NCBI GenBank assembly: GCA_964016885.1
Contig: OZ024742.1
Location: 10,788,001-10,852,000 of the forward strand
DNA: 64,000 nt
Direction of reading: 5' to 3'
Origin: Eledone cirrhosa
Taxonomy: Eukaryota
Shown here: in pieces, positions 33,385-48,179 of the stretch
How positions within the stretch are numbered: position 1 is the stretch's first letter
Layout of the letters: every line of letters begins with the position of its first letter
Notes under the pieces: generated by a model
The model's input: only the letters and a program-made list of their open reading frames with translations
Database searches by the model: none
What the model was told of the DNA's origin: nothing
Position numbers and translations under genes: made by a program

Positions 33385-33439
<55 letters not shown>

Positions 33440-33689
33440 TGTAATAAACAATATAAGATAATAATTATCTTATGTTGTTTCTTACATAACTATTAAGCTC
33501 TGTAACCTACATAGAGCACTCTTTTTTCCTGGACGTTTCCGGCGGAATTACTTCATTCATATATATATATATATATTAATAACAGTAATAATAATAATAA
33601 TAACAACAATAATAATAATATACATATATATATACACACACACGCACACACATAAACATATCTATACACACATGCACACACGATAGCAA

Positions 33690-34190
33690 CTAACAGCGCT
33701 GCGATCGAATGTGGCTTTTTAGCCCAGCCAATGATCTAAAATGTCTTGCACAGAGTCGGCAACCAATACATTCACTGGGAATAGTCGGCTGTGGTTGGAG
33801 TTCATGTACTTTTGCTTGTCGCTTGAGCCCTCCTGCTGATTTACATCCTCTACCACATGTTTGGCAAGCATGATGAGTAGCATCTCCAACAGCAGCCTGG
33901 TAGTCAACCACTGGTCTTACTTTATGACTGCGAAGATGACTTTCGAGTCCAGCTTTGCTTAGGCAGAGTCTCGCACATACGCTGCATGTCAGCCCATAGA
34001 AGGACCTTCGCCGTCTGGAAATGCAACAGCAATGCCCTTCCTCACATCCCGCTTTACTTTCTCATATGCGATTCGAGATGCCTCAAAAGCAACTTTTCCC
34101 TCATATACAGTCTTTCTCCATTTATTACAATCAGCAGCAACATTTTCCCATGTATTAGCAGAGATGTTAGCATCTTTCAAAGATTGCATT
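33690..34190 (-). mobile_element. RTE (BovB-like) LINE C-terminal fragment with tandem C2H2-type zinc fingers
   Basis: NTWENVAADCNKWRKTVYEG..; CSVCARLCLSKAGLESHLRSH; CQTCGRGCKSAGGLKRQAKVH; [20 protein letters not shown]; stops and frameshifts present. Confidence 0.75.
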
Positions 34191-34223
34191 AATTAATGTA
34201 TACATACATACATACATACATAC

Positions 34224-34833
34224 ATGGTGGCTGCCAACTCGTTTTTGAGTACGGCCACTACTTTATATCCATGTAGGAGAACCGCTACCGATGAGCTGAA
34301 CGAGTGTGACTTTTTAGTCCAGCCAGCGACTTGAAAACTCTGGTACAAACACTACACTTGTGACAATTATTGACACAAAGTGCTGGGCCCATGGTACCAT
34401 GTGACGACAAGTGCAGAGAGATCTCCAGATATAAAGCAATGCCTGTGCCGTGAAGCTTTTATAGTGAGCAAAGGCACTGCACAAAGCCAGTCCCACTCTC
34501 TTAACCAAGATGATATTTACCAAAAAAGAAGAACAAGTCAACATCATTGGATACCATCAGGGTTGCAGGTGTTATATCAGAGTTTTCCTTCTCCTAGAAT
34601 TCTGCCTTGACAAAGGCTAAGGGGTCATCTCGCCCGGTGATTTTCCATGGCCATTGACTCTTAAGAGCTCCTTTGCCCTTTGACAGGTTTTGTTTTTAGT
34701 CCTGCAGGATGTCCAAAGTCACCCTCCTCACCAAGAAACCTTGGTGGGGTTGCCAGTTTAGTCGCCAACGACCCGACCATGGGACAGGTTGTACTGGGAT
34801 ACATGTTACCAGTAGCACCAAGTGGTGACCTGA
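34224..34833 (-). mobile_element. Second full copy of the ~610-bp non-autonomous element
   Basis: Same termini as 13804-14410; flanked by (TACA)n on both sides. Confidence 0.7.
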
Positions 34834-35449
34834 CATATACATACATACATACATACATACACATACATACGTTCATATATATATACATACATACATATAC
34901 ATACATACGTTCATATATATATACATACATACATATACATACATACGTTCATATATATATACATACATTCATATATATATATACATACATATATATATAT
35001 ACATACATGTATATATATACATACACCGTATGCCTACTAGTTTAGGTTGTTGATCTGGATCTAAATAACAACAGCATCAACTGAAAATAAAATATAACCA
35101 GGTCATAGTGTGATCCCCCAACACCATATGTACCCAGAATTCTAAAGCTCTCTCTATAAAGTACATACAACATATTTATATGAAATATTATATATATTAT
35201 ACTTCCTCATAAATTCTTTTCTATTCTGCCATGGAAACGGAAATCCAAAAACCGTTATAAATTCATTAAACTTCATATTTTTCCGAGTTTTCCATGTTTC
35301 CTAGAATTTTCCAGTTTCTATTTCCTTTTCGTTCTTTTAATTTTTAAATATATTTGTTTGTTTATTGTATAAATTTGAAACCATTAACCTCCTTTTTTTT
35401 CTTGTTAGTGAACTCTTCCATTCTCTGTAACTGAACACTTTCTCATCAA

Positions 35450-36030
35450 TGATGGTGGTGGTGGTGTTGTTGTTGTTGTTGTTGGTGGTGGTGTTGATGT
35501 TGTTGGTGGTGTTGATGTTATTAGTGGTGGTGGTTGTTGATGTTGATAGTGGTGGGTGTTGTAATGGTGTTGTTGATGATGGAGGTAGTGTTGCTGTTAT
35601 TAGTGGTGGTGGTTGGTGTAATGGTGTTGTTGATAGTGGTGGTGTTGGTGTTGCTGTTATTAGTGGTGATGGTTGTTGTAATGGTGTTGTTGATGTTGAT
35701 AGTGGTGGGTGTTGTAATGGTGTTGTTGATGATGGTGGTAGTGCTGGTGTTATTAGTGGTGGTGGTTGTTGTAATGGTGTTGATGTTGATAGTGGTGGTG
35801 TTGGTGTTGATATTATTAGTGGTGGTGGTTGTTGTAATGGTGTTGTTGATGTTGATAGTGGTGGTGTTGTAATGGTGTTGTTGATAAGGGTGGTGGTGTT
35901 GTTAGTGGTGGTTGTTGAAATGGTGGTGTTGCTGGTGTTGCTGGTGTTGGTGTTGTAATGGTGGTGATAGTGGTTGTTGTTGGTGGTTGTTGCAATGGTG
36001 TTGCTGTTGTTGATGGATGGTGTTGGTGGC
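35450..36030. repeat. GGT/GTT-rich degenerate minisatellite
   Basis: Recurrent gttgtaatggtgttgttgatgttgatagtggtgg. Confidence 0.9.
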
Positions 36031-36847
36031 AATGACAGTGGAAATAATGATGGTTACATAGCACTAAAGTAGGGCAGAAGTATCAAAACATTTTGCACCA
36101 CCAACAAACAGTCACACACATGCACACACATACATGTACATACACATATGTATACATGCACGCATATATAATCAGACAAAACACATACACGACCTCCCAG
36201 CAGCACAACAAAAGCAACATCACACACACAAATATATATATATACACACAAACAAATAAACACACACACACACATATATATACACACACATACATATACA
36301 CACACAAATATATATATACACACACATACATATACACACACATACATATACACACACAAATATATATATAAACACACATTCATATACACACACATACATA
36401 TACACACACAAATATATATATATATATATATAAAGCAGTGTAAAAATGTTAAAAAGACCAAGACAACAACAACAGTAACAAGAAAACTAGAATAAATGAA
36501 TCAGAATTATTATGAGTCAAATAAAATGTCTCTAGAATCATGTTGAAACTTGAGTGTTGAGGTTTACAATTTCTACTGGAGATATATACCTTTTTTTCTT
36601 GTTTTATTGACTTTTTTTACCTTATTTAGCTCTTAGAGTTTTGTAGTAATTTTTTCATTTTTTTTTTCATCTTTTTTTCATTTGTTTTCGTTTGTTTCTT
36701 CCAAACGGAACCATTATTTGTCTTTTAGTTTCTGTTTCTTTGTTTCTTGAAATCTCCTTTGAGGAGTTTCTAATTCTAAGTATTACACCATTAGTTCTTC
36801 TCTTTCATCTGTCTTTGGCATTTGGCTTAGAATAGACTCAACATTCT

Positions 36848-37330
36848 GCCATCATCACCAGCAGTCTCATCACTCCACCACCACCATCATTACCATCATC
36901 ACCAGCAGTCTCATCACTCCACCACCACCATCATTACCATCATCACCAGCAGTCTCATCACTCCACCACCACCATCATTACCATCATCACCAGCAGTCTC
37001 ATCACTCCACCACCACCGTCATTACCATCACCACCATCACATTTACCACCACCACCTTCATCACTACCATTACCATCATCACCAGCAGTCTCCTCACTCC
37101 ACCACCACCATCATTACCATCACCACCATCACATTTACCACCACCACCTTCATCACTACCATTACCATCACCAGCAGTCTCCTCACTCCACCACCACCAC
37201 ATTTACCACCACTACCATCACATTTACCACCACCACCATCATCACTACCATTACTATCACCATCAGTCTCCTCACTCCACCACCACCACATTTACCACCA
37301 CTACCATCACCCAGTCTCATCACTTCCCCT
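36848..37330. repeat. CAC/CAT-rich minisatellite
   Basis: Recurrent ccatcatcaccagcagtctcatcactccaccaccaccatcatta. Confidence 0.9.
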
Positions 37331-37599
37331 CACCACCACCCCATTTACAGCCACCACCACCACTGTCCCTAATGTCACTGCCACAACCACCACCTTTATT
37401 AATGTTATTGTTTCTACCATTACCCCGCCACCCCACCCCCACTCTTACTAATGTCATTGTCACTACCATTATCATGTTAATGGTATCATCTCCATCTCTG
37501 CCACCACAATACAATTACCACAAACACCACCTCCACCACTACCAGCAATACTATTACCTCCACCATGACACCCACCAATACAACTACCATCACCACCAC

Positions 37600-39125
37600 C
37601 ACCACTACTGATACCAGCACAGCTACTAGTAACACCACCACCACCGCCACAACTACCAGTAACACCACCACCACCACCACCACAACTACCAGTAACACCA
37701 CCACCACCACCACCACAACTACCAGTAACACCACCACCACCACCACCACAACTACCAGTAACACCACCCCCACAACTACCAGTAACACCACCCCCACAAC
37801 TACCAGTAACACCACCACCACCCCCACAACTACCAGTAACACCACCACCACCGCCACAACTACCAGTAACACCACCACCACCACCACAACTACGAGTAAC
37901 ACCACCACCACCACAACTACCAGTAACACCACCCCCACAACTACCAGTAACACCACCACCACCCCCACAACTACCAGTAACACCACCACCACCACCACAA
38001 CTACCAGTAACACCACCACCACCCCCACAACTACCAGTAACACCACCACCACCACCACCACCACAACTACCAGTAACACCACCACCACCACCACAACTAC
38101 CAGTAACACCACCACCACCACCACCACCACAACTACCAGTAACACCACCACCACCACCACAACTACCAGTAACACCACCACCACCACCACCACAACTACC
38201 AGTAACACCACCACCACCACCACAACTACCAGTAACACCACCACCACCACCACAACTACCAGTAACACCACCACCACCACCACCACAACTACCAGTAACA
38301 CCACCACCACCACCACAACTACCAGTAACACCACCACCACCACCACAACTACCAGTAACACCACCACCACCACCACCACCACCACCACAACTACCAGTAA
38401 CACCACCACCACAACTACCAGTAACACCACCACCACAACTACCAGTAACACCACCACCACCCCCACAATACTAGTAACACCACCACCACCACCACAACTA
38501 CCAGTAACACCACCCCCACAACTACCAGTAACACCACCACCACCCCCACAACTACCAGTAACACCACCACCACCACCACCACAACCACCAGTAACACCAC
38601 CACCACCACCACCACCACCACCACCACCACAACTACCAGTAACACCACCCCCACAACTACCAGTAACCCCCCACCCCCACCCCACCCCACAACTACCAGT
38701 AACACCCCCCACCACCACAACTACCAGTAACACCACCACCACCACCACAACTACCAGTAACACCACCACCACAACTACCACCACCACAACTACCAGTAAC
38801 ACCACCACCACAACTACCAGTAACACCACCACCACCACAACTACTACCACCACCACCACCACAACTACCAGTAACAACACCACCACCACCACCACAACTA
38901 CCAGTAACACCACCACCATAACTACCAGTAACACCACCACCACCACCACCACAACTACCAGTAACACCACCCCCACAACTACCAGTAACACCACCACCAC
39001 CACCACAACTACCAGTAACACCTACCACCACCACATCACAACTACCAGTAACACCACCACCACCACCACAACCACCAGTAACACCACCACCACCAGTAAC
39101 ACCAACACCAACACCACAACAACCA
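37600..39125. repeat. Minisatellite acaactaccagtaa(cac)n
   Basis: Dozens of copies with variable CAC count. Confidence 0.97.
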
Positions 39126-39493
39126 GTGGCTAAGGTGTTGGACTTACAACCATAATGTTACTGGACCAGGTGCCACAGTGTATTCTTGAGCAAAACACTT
39201 CATTTCACATTGTACCAACAGTAGGTGGGAGTTAACTATGATATGGACTAGTGTCCTATCCAGGGGGAAGTCTTGTACTGTCAGTGACTTAATGCCAGGA
39301 AAACATGGAACTAGGGATGAGTGCAGACCTGATGAGGTTAATGGTTTGAGACAGAATTTAACTTTATTTTTAATTTCTTGTACTTACTCCTTATTGCCTT
39401 CCAGGGTAACACTCCAGAGTAACAAGACTCACTACTTAGCCTTAATAAATGATTATTAAAAGTTTATTTTAATATATGCCACACAGGTAAAAA

Positions 39494-39660
39494 TATAGGA
39501 AAAAGAAGTTGAAAATGCAATTGGAGTCATAAGAAAGTATATTTACAATAATTTATAACTGAACCAGTTTCACAAGTTTCATGATTTTCCAAAGTTGGTC
39601 AACATAGCCACACATCTCTCTTAAAGACTCCAATTGCATTTTCAAATTCTTATTCCTATG
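39494..39660. repeat. Short fold-back element
   Basis: ataggaaaaagaagttgaaaatgcaattggagtc / gactccaattgcattttcaaattcttattcctat. Confidence 0.7.
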
Positions 39661-39669
39661 TACGAGTAT

Positions 39670-42141
39670 TATCATCATCATCATTTTACGTCTGCTTTTC
39701 CCTGCTTGCAAGGGTGGGACGGGTCTTATTCAGCACAGCATCTCTCCACTCGTTACGGTCCCTCGTCATCTCCACCGTGAGCTTCAATGATCTGAGGTCT
39801 GTTCTCACCACCTCCGCCCATGTTTTTCGTGGTTTACCTCTACCACGTCTTCCTTCAACTGGCATTTCCTGGCACTTCTTCACCCATCGGTCATCCTCCA
39901 TGCGCATCACATGTCCATACCACCTCAGTCTCCTCTCCCGTACACTACATTCTATCCCTCTCAACACAGTTTCTCTCTCAACACATTTATGCTGGGTCGT
40001 TCACACACATTTACACTGCACATCCAACGGAGCATGCTTGCCTCATTTCTCTCCAGCCATCGCATATCCTCTGCAGTTGCTGCCCATGTCTCACTACCAT
40101 GCAGCATCGCGCTCCTCACACAGGCATCATACAACCGGCCTTTCGTACGCAGGGAGAAACCCTTCTTCGTCAACAGAGGAAGCAGCTCCCTAAACTTCTT
40201 CCAACCCGTCCTTATTCTAGATACTATGCCCCAGAACACCCTCCTCCCATGCTAATCTGATCTCCTAGGTACCGGAAGCTATCCACCACTTCTATAGCGC
40301 CCTCTTGCATTTGAAAAATGTGTCTATCAGTGCGACTTCTACTGTCTAATTTCCCTGTACATCTACTGCATACATATTTCTCCCTACCTGTTAGTTTGCC
40401 TGCTATCCCGCTACATCTCTTGTGTACCCAGGATCTGCATTGTGTGCATTTTATAGAATTTATGCCAGTTCCTTTTCTGCATATCGAACATGGCCATTTC
40501 CCTGATGGAATCAGGGTTTTGTCCTCTTTTCTACTCATCAACACTTTTGTCTTAGCTAGATTCTCTCTCAGTCCTCTTGCTTCCAACTGCTGTTTCCATA
40601 GCCAGAATTTATTCTCTAGCTCCTCTACTGATTCTGCTATAAGAACCAGATCGTCAGCATAGAGAAATTCCCATGGACAGCCAGTCTTAAACTCCTCTGT
40701 TATGGCTTGGAGGACTATAATGAACAAGAGCGGGCTGAGGACCGAACCCTGATGTACTCCTACTTGTATCTGGAATTCCTCACTAAACTCCATTCCTACC
40801 CTGACTTTACTGAGAGTACCTCTGTACAAAGTTTGCACTGTCCTCACAAGCCATTCCTCAACACCTAGCTTCCTTAGGGACCACCAGATGACAGATCGGG
40901 GTACCCTATCAAAGGCCTTCTCTAGGTCAACAAAGGCTAAGTATAGTGGCTTATTCTTCTCTAAGAACCTCTCTTGCATTTGTCTCACCAAGAAGAGGGC
41001 ATCTGTTGTACTCTTCCCAGGCACAAAACCAAACTGCATCTCATCTAGTTTGACCCTTTCTCTAATTAGTTGTGCTAAAATCCTTTCTGCCACTTTCATA
41101 ACCTGATCTATCAGTTTTATACCCCTATAATTGCTCCTCTCCAAAGCATCCCCTTTACCTTTGTAGCAATTTATGAGAATACTGCTGCACCAGTCTTTGG
41201 GTATGACACCACCATATATAGCCTGATTGATGATGCGTGCAACCAGTTTAGTGCCTACGTCCTCTGTCATGCCTTCAGCATCTCAGCAACTATTCCCGAT
41301 GGTCTGGCCGCCTTACCATTTTTCATTTCCCTAATCGCCTCTTGGACCCTATATTCGTCAATCTCAATAGCTGGTCCCTCTGTCGGATCTACCAAGGGTA
41401 ATTTCTCTCTCTCCCATTCGTTCTCCACATTCATCAGTCTCTCATAATGACATTTCCAGGCCTCCTTTTTCTGATCATTCGTGACACTGAGTACACCGGC
41501 ATCATCCCGGACACATTTATCTCCAACAATATCCTGATTTGCATTGACACACTGCCTTGCAATGTGGAACACCGCACGCCTCTGATCTTCCCGTCGCAGA
41601 ACATTGGCAAACCTCCTACTCTCCGCCTCCCTGCGTGCTAAGTACACCTGACGTCTAGCTTCTCTCTTAGTGGCTGTATATTCTTCCCTACTCCCACCCT
41701 TTTTCCAAGCCTTCCATGCTAGTCTTTTGACTCTAATGGCCTTATCTAGTGTGCTGTTCCACCACCAGGTCACTCTCTGTCTGGTTGGAGCTCTGCTCCA
41801 ACCACAGGTTTCATCAGTAGCCTGCAGCAAGTTGTCACGTAAGAAATTCCAGTTATTATCTATGTCATACGTCTCTAAATCGTCTTCTTTTTCGTCATAT
41901 ACATCTTGAAGGGCTTTCCTAAATTTGTATTTTAGTGAAAGGTCTTTTAGCTTCCAGACCTTTCTTCTCCACACCTTCCTATATGTCTCATTCCATCTCT
42001 TGCTTACTGAGATATCACTAACAACTAACCTATGCTGTGGGGTACATTCTTCCCCAGGGTATGCCTTGGTATTAGACACTATCTGCCTGTCCCACTGCCT
42101 AACTAGTAAGAAGTCAATCTGGCTTATGTGCTCACCAGATT
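39670..42141 (-). mobile_element. 5'-truncated RTE LINE: APE endonuclease end, linker, RT with PHD finger; three frameshifts
   Basis: [84 protein letters not shown]. Confidence 0.95.
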
Positions 42142-42166
42142 TGTATATATATATATTATATATATA

Positions 42167-42204
<38 letters not shown>

Positions 42205-42392
42205 AATCAGGAAAGAATGATTTATTATTACTCCAAGTGTTTACAACATGGGAATTACAGCGTACTCGCAGCATCACTATGGAAACGCCTTGTTGAGTCA
42301 AACTTAGCCAAACGTTGATATCATCCACTACCCGGAGTACCCTAACTGGACTACACTTAAGGGGACTGGATATAACAATAATTTGTTACCCC

Positions 42393-42454
<62 letters not shown>

Positions 42455-42455
<1 letters not shown>

Positions 42456-42491
42456 GTCTTGTTACTCTGGAGTTTCGCCTGTTCATCAGAC
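42455..42491 (-). ncRNA. Compact hammerhead-like motif
   Basis: Minus strand gt CTGATGA acaggc GAAA ctc-ca-gag TA ac; 3' half recurs at 39411-39435. Confidence 0.5.
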
Positions 42492-42649
42492 ATATATATA
42501 TAACCCATGCTAGCGTGGAAGATAGACGTTAAACGATGATGTGTGTATGTATATATATATATATATATATATCAAATACATTTGATCATAGTCTACACAA
42601 TCAGGATTAAGATGTGGGGTGCTAAACATCAACTGCTGCTGTTTCTACT

Positions 42650-43410
42650 AACACCATCACCACCAATACCACCCCTGCCATCACCAGCACTAGTACCAGC
42701 ACCATCACCACCACTAGCACCATCACCAACACCACCATCACCACCAATACCACCCCTGCCATCACCACCACTAGCACCATCACCAACACCACCATCACCA
42801 CCAATACCACCCCTGCCATCACCACCACTAGCACCATCACCAACACCACCATCACTAGATCCATTAGGTTTAGGCTGATTCACACTTTACTACATTGAAA
42901 TAATATTACACATATCACCTCTTACACAGTAGGATTTTTCACCATCACTACCACCATCATCACCATCACCACCACCCCTGCCATCACCACCACCATCACC
43001 ACCACCACCACCATCCTGCCATCACCAACACTACCGCCATCACCACCACAACCACCACCACCACCATCCTGCCATCACCAACACTACCGCAATCACCACC
43101 ACCCCCCCCCCCCCCCCCCCCCGCAACCACCACCCCTGCCATCACCAACACTACCGCCATCATCACCACTATCTCCACCGTCATCACCGCCACAACCACC
43201 ACCACCCCTGCCATCACCAACACTACCGCCATCATCACCACTATCTCCACCGTCATCACCGCCACAACCACCACCACCCCTGCCATCACCAACACTACCG
43301 CCATCACCACCATCCCTGCCATCACCACCACAACCACCATCACCCCTGCCATCACCAACACTACCGCCCTCACCAGCACCATAACCACCACAACCACCAC
43401 CACCACAACC
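42650..43410. repeat. CCA-rich minisatellites
   Basis: Recurrent cccctgccatcaccaacactaccgcc. Confidence 0.9.
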
Positions 43411-43689
43411 TCCTTCCCTTTCCACAGGCCAAAAAGAATTAATGGTATGGATGTTTAACTGACTAAAAACAACAGCCAAATCAGTCAAATAGTATTCTAC
43501 CTGTTTAAATAAGGAACGATACATTAGGTAATGTAATCCAAGATACACTGTGACTTAAACTAAGCCAGGGTGGTGATGGCTAAAATAGTATTGTGAATCA
43601 GCTTAGGAAAGGTTGATCTTGGGTTAAACAATAGTAACAACCTCAGCTGCCTCCTGATCTACCTTGGGGTGGGGGAGAGTATTGAAAGA

Positions 43690-44460
43690 GGGAGTCTCCT
43701 GATCTCTTGACCTACCTCTGGTTGGTGTGGGGGAGCCTCCTGATCTCTTGACCTACCTCTGGTTGGTGTGGGGGAGCCTCCTGATGTCTTGACCTACCTC
43801 TGGTTGGTGTGGGGGTGCCTCCTGATGTCTTGACCTACCTCTGGTTGGTGTGGGGGAGTCTCCTGATCTCTTGATCTACCTCTGGTTGGTGTGGGGGAGC
43901 CTCCTGATCTCTTGATCTACCTCTGGTTGGTGTGGGGGTGCCTCCTGATCTCTTGATCTACCTCTGGTTGGTGTGGGGGAGTCTCCTGATGTCTTGACCT
44001 ACCTCTGGTTGGTGTGGGGGTGCCTCCTGATGTCTTGACCTACCTCTGGTTGGTGTGGGGGTGCCTCCTGATGTCTTGACCTACCTCTGGTTGGTGTGGG
44101 GGAGCCTCCTGATGTCTTGACCTACCTCTGGTTGGTGTGGGGGTGCCTCCTGATCTCTTGACCTACCTCTGGTTGGTGTGGGGGAGCCTCCTGATCTCTT
44201 GACCTACCTCTGGTTGGTGTGGGGGTGCCTCCTGATCTCTTGACCTACCTCTGGTTGGGGTAGGGGTATTGAAAGTGTGTGTGTGTGTGGGGGGGGGGGC
44301 TCCTGATCTTGTGGCCTACTTCTGGTTGGTGTAGGGGTATTGAAAGTGGGGATTGCCTCCTGATCTCTTGACCTACCTCTGGTTGGTGCAGGGGAGGGGG
44401 GTATTGAAAGTGTGGGGGTGTGCTCCTGATCTTGTGACCTACCTCTGGGTGGGTTAGGGA
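43690..44460. repeat. ~41-bp minisatellite
   Basis: ctcctgatctcttgacctacctctggttggtgtgggggagc, about 14 regular copies then degenerate ones. Confidence 0.95.
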
Positions 44461-45357
44461 TTGAAGTATTAAAAAGGGGTGTTTATTTTCATCTCTCTTC
44501 ATCTGATACAGGAAGATGTGGTAGGGTGGTGTGGTATTGTTGTACTATTGTGTGTGTGATATGGCCAATTTGATCTGAAAGGAAAAAAGAAACCCTTTCT
44601 AATCTGAGGGTCACAAAACTGGGTCACCATCCATCCCTACTCTCTCTCTCACCTTTGTTTTCACACTCACTGGCTCATCTTTACACCTTCCTGCAGTAAT
44701 TCTAACATTCCCCACCTCATTCCATCACTGACACATCCATTCCTGACTCAGCTTTCTCCATCATACAGTTTCCTCTCTCACCCCCTTGGTCTCCACCTCT
44801 CTCTCTACCTCAGCCCTTGGTCTCCACCTCTCTCTCTATCTCACCACTCTTACACCACCTCTCTCACTATCTCTGTGTCTACCTCTGTTTCTCTTTCAAA
44901 CTCCCTCACTAATATCCTCACCTAGACATTCACCTACTTAACACTCACAACTCCACCCTAATCCCGACCCACACCTATTTTATCTGCTACTTCCTTGTTA
45001 ACCTCTACCTTCACAAACACAGTCACTCACTGACACAGAAACTCTCTCACACACACACACACACACAGAGAATCTCACTAACACAGAATTCCTTAAAACA
45101 CAGACCCTCTCAGTTAGCTAATGTGTACAACTGATATACCAGGTGTTGGTCTCTCTATTATATATGTGTGTGTGTCTTAACATTGAGGCTATAGTGTTCT
45201 CTATACACACACATACATACATATATATATATAGAGAGAGAGAGAGTCTGCAATGATGAGACTGGGGAGACCACTAATCATGGGAGTACTCAATACATGG
45301 GGAGATGCAGAGTGGGTATTCCAACTGCTTGGTGTTGTGGGTGCAATTTTACATCTT

Positions 45358-45395
<38 letters not shown>

Positions 45396-45404
45396 ATGCA
45401 GAAA

Positions 45405-45570
45405 GGACTAGAACTGTTTAATTCCAGAGAAATCATCATGAAGCTTCCTGATAATTTCTCCAGAATGAAACAGTTCTAGTCCTGTAGAAGCCTTTCTACA
45501 TTAAATATTTATATTCTGCTTTGTATTTAATACCTTGCTTATTGTGGTTATCCCCGATTGAACCTGAGAT
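45405..45570. repeat. Fold-back remnant, family of 4066-4230
   Basis: ggactagaactgttt / gaaacagttctagtcc arms with degenerate ctgataa core. Confidence 0.65.
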
Positions 45571-45573
45571 AAT

Positions 45574-45718
<145 letters not shown>

Positions 45719-45724
45719 TTAGTG

Positions 45725-45835
45725 AAGGCGCGTGGCTGAGTGGTTAGAGAATTAGATTCGCAATCGTGAAGTTGAGTTCAATTCCCAGACTGGTTGATGC
45801 ATTTTGTCCTTGGGCAAGACACTTTATTTCACGTT
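45725..45835 (+). mobile_element. tRNA-derived SINE head
   Basis: tggctgagtggttag A box, gagttcaattcc B box, ggcaagacactttatttcac core. Confidence 0.7.
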
Positions 45836-45994
45836 GGAATTGCGACCAATAGAGTATTAACAATTAGAAAGACCAATGGAAACATTGTTTCCTCGGTCCA
45901 ATTTGACGAAAGTTGATCAACTGTCGATATATGTATGTGTGTGTGTATATCTAAGTAAAAGGATTGAGTATTCCACACCAATAAGCACCCTTAA

Positions 45995-46193
45995 CCCTTT
46001 AGCATTTAAACCATATCCGGCCAGAATTCTCTCACCTCTTTCTGTTCAAACTGGCTGTAACTGGCTGCTCATACTGACGTTAAGGTATTGTTCTCAAAAT
46101 AAATATCAAAATCTCAGATTCGATATTATGTGAGATAAATCCTTTAACCTGAAAATATAATAGTAAATATAGAATAATGTAAATGTTAAAGGG
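45995..46193. mobile_element. piggyBac-like MITE
   Basis: TTAA on both sides; terminal inverted repeats ccctttagcattta / taaatgttaaaggg. Confidence 0.75.
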
Positions 46194-46809
46194 TTAACAT
46201 TCTTATCTGAGAGATTTACTATGACACCCTGGATGACAAGACAGGTTCATGAATTACAGGTACAATTGTGAGTCTAAAACTCTTGTCCAGCACCTAAGTA
46301 AGGTTCATCCAGTTAGCCAGAGACAAGCCAATTTATTATGTCTGTTGACGAAAGGAATATATTCTATGGTGGACAAGACTGTGTGAAAGGTTTGAGAACA
46401 GATGTTAGCCATCTTTGGTTTGAGAACAGACATTGGCCATCTTCAGCCAAGCTGTCTATAACTTTTTTGGTTCTACTTGGAGAGGAAATTTATATGGGAT
46501 CTGTCGGGTTCTTTGATTTCCCCCAGGTTGAGGCCTCCCTGTACTAAAACAACTGGAATACCTCATTTGTCCATTAGCTGTGGTTGTTGTCATTTTTTCT
46601 GATCATTACATAAACCCGCTACTTTCATATTGTAACTTCTCATTGTAATGTTCTCTTCATCTGATGCCGTTGTGGCTAATAAAAGAACTCATTTTACGAG
46701 GTTGATAAAATAACATACCAGTAATGCACTGAGGTTTATATAGTCAAGTTTCCACTTCTCTGAAAATTTCTGGCACTGTGCCAAAAGTAGACATAATTAT
46801 TGTTGTTCT

Positions 46810-47020
46810 TGTTAGAGCTTCAGACAAAATACTTTATTTATTTTGGCTCTTTATGTTTTGAGTTCAAATTCTGCCAAGGTCAACTTTGCCTTTCATCTTT
46901 TCAGGGTCAATAAAATAAAATAAAGTACCAGTTAAGTACTGGGGTTGATTTAATCATATCCCCCTTCCCCCACAAAACTGCTGACCCTGTACCTAGAATA
47001 GAAAACATTATTATTATTAT
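46810..47020 (+). mobile_element. SINE
   Basis: gagttcaaattctgccaaggtcaactttgcctttcatc..aaagtaccag, (att)n tail. Confidence 0.7.
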
Positions 47021-48179
47021 TTTTTGCCTGACTTCCCAAGCAGCAAATCATTCTTCCATTTAAAGAACTTAAGAGAACACTAGGTTGAGATAAGAATGAG
47101 ATAAAATGAAAAATATAATAAAAAAACTAAAATGAAAGAATATGTACCATAACTTCTTTTCCATCCATAAAAAACACACAAAAAAATCTCAGAACACCAA
47201 CAACAAGAAAATCAAAGAGAATAAAATGTGTAAGCCCTCCATGGTTTTCTAAAGGCCTGTGTTATATATAATGAGATAACCATATAGTGTGGTTTGTAGC
47301 AGTTAATCTTTAGTGAAACAGCTGCCGTTTTAATGTTCATGGTTGAGATAAACTTATAGGATTGTAATGCTTACAAGTTATTCCGATTGTACCCTTAAAC
47401 ACATATACATACCTCCCACATATAGATTTATATGTATATATACATTTAGTTAAATACAGTCACACACATTCAAGGCTAAATACACACATGAATGTATATG
47501 CATATATATGTATAAATACACACATATACATATGTGTATGTGTATATATATGTAAATATAATCAAACACACAGATTATGCATACAGCCAGTTTTACATAT
47601 ACATATACACATATCAAAATATTCACTCTTACATCTGTATTCAAACATATACATAAATACACACACATCCAATTACTCACACTTATACACAGTCAAATAC
47701 ACATATATACATATCCAAACATACACTCATACAGACATATATACATACCCAAACCGATGTCCATATATGAAGATGGGCTGACTATGCTAGAGCTGTGAAA
47801 TTTTACATGCATTAATTTCAAGTCTTCTTATTAATAACTACATTGTTTCTTTCCAGGGACTATGTTGAAAATATACCTCATTTGGTTATTCCATGAGAGT
47901 ATCTTGGTCAGCCTATGAACTTTTCAGCCAACCCTCATCCACATATCCACACATACATAGTAAAATGCATATACACTTATATACATATATTCAAAGAAAC
48001 ATAAATGCATGGTTACATAAACACACATTTCCCCAAATATGTGCATACATGTGTGTCACCCCATTGTATTACTGTGTAAATATTAGGAAAGTAGACATTA
48101 AATAATGATGATAAAGAGAGAAACTTATGAATATTCTATTAATTCATAGTGTCCTAAATGGCATCTCTGGATAATTTAA

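Noticed and set aside
35337-36064. Thr/Pro-rich minus-strand ORF with a possible upstream acceptor
   Set aside because: Low-complexity repeat; the long frame is preceded by an in-frame stop just after the candidate acceptor
37486-39133. Mucin-like Thr-rich and poly-Val ORFs
   Set aside because: Translation of a (CAC)n minisatellite; no signal peptide, splice context or non-repetitive domain
47857-47910. Candidate upstream semaphorin exon after ttgtttctttccag
   Set aside because: No strong donor and no recognisable Sema motif in any frame
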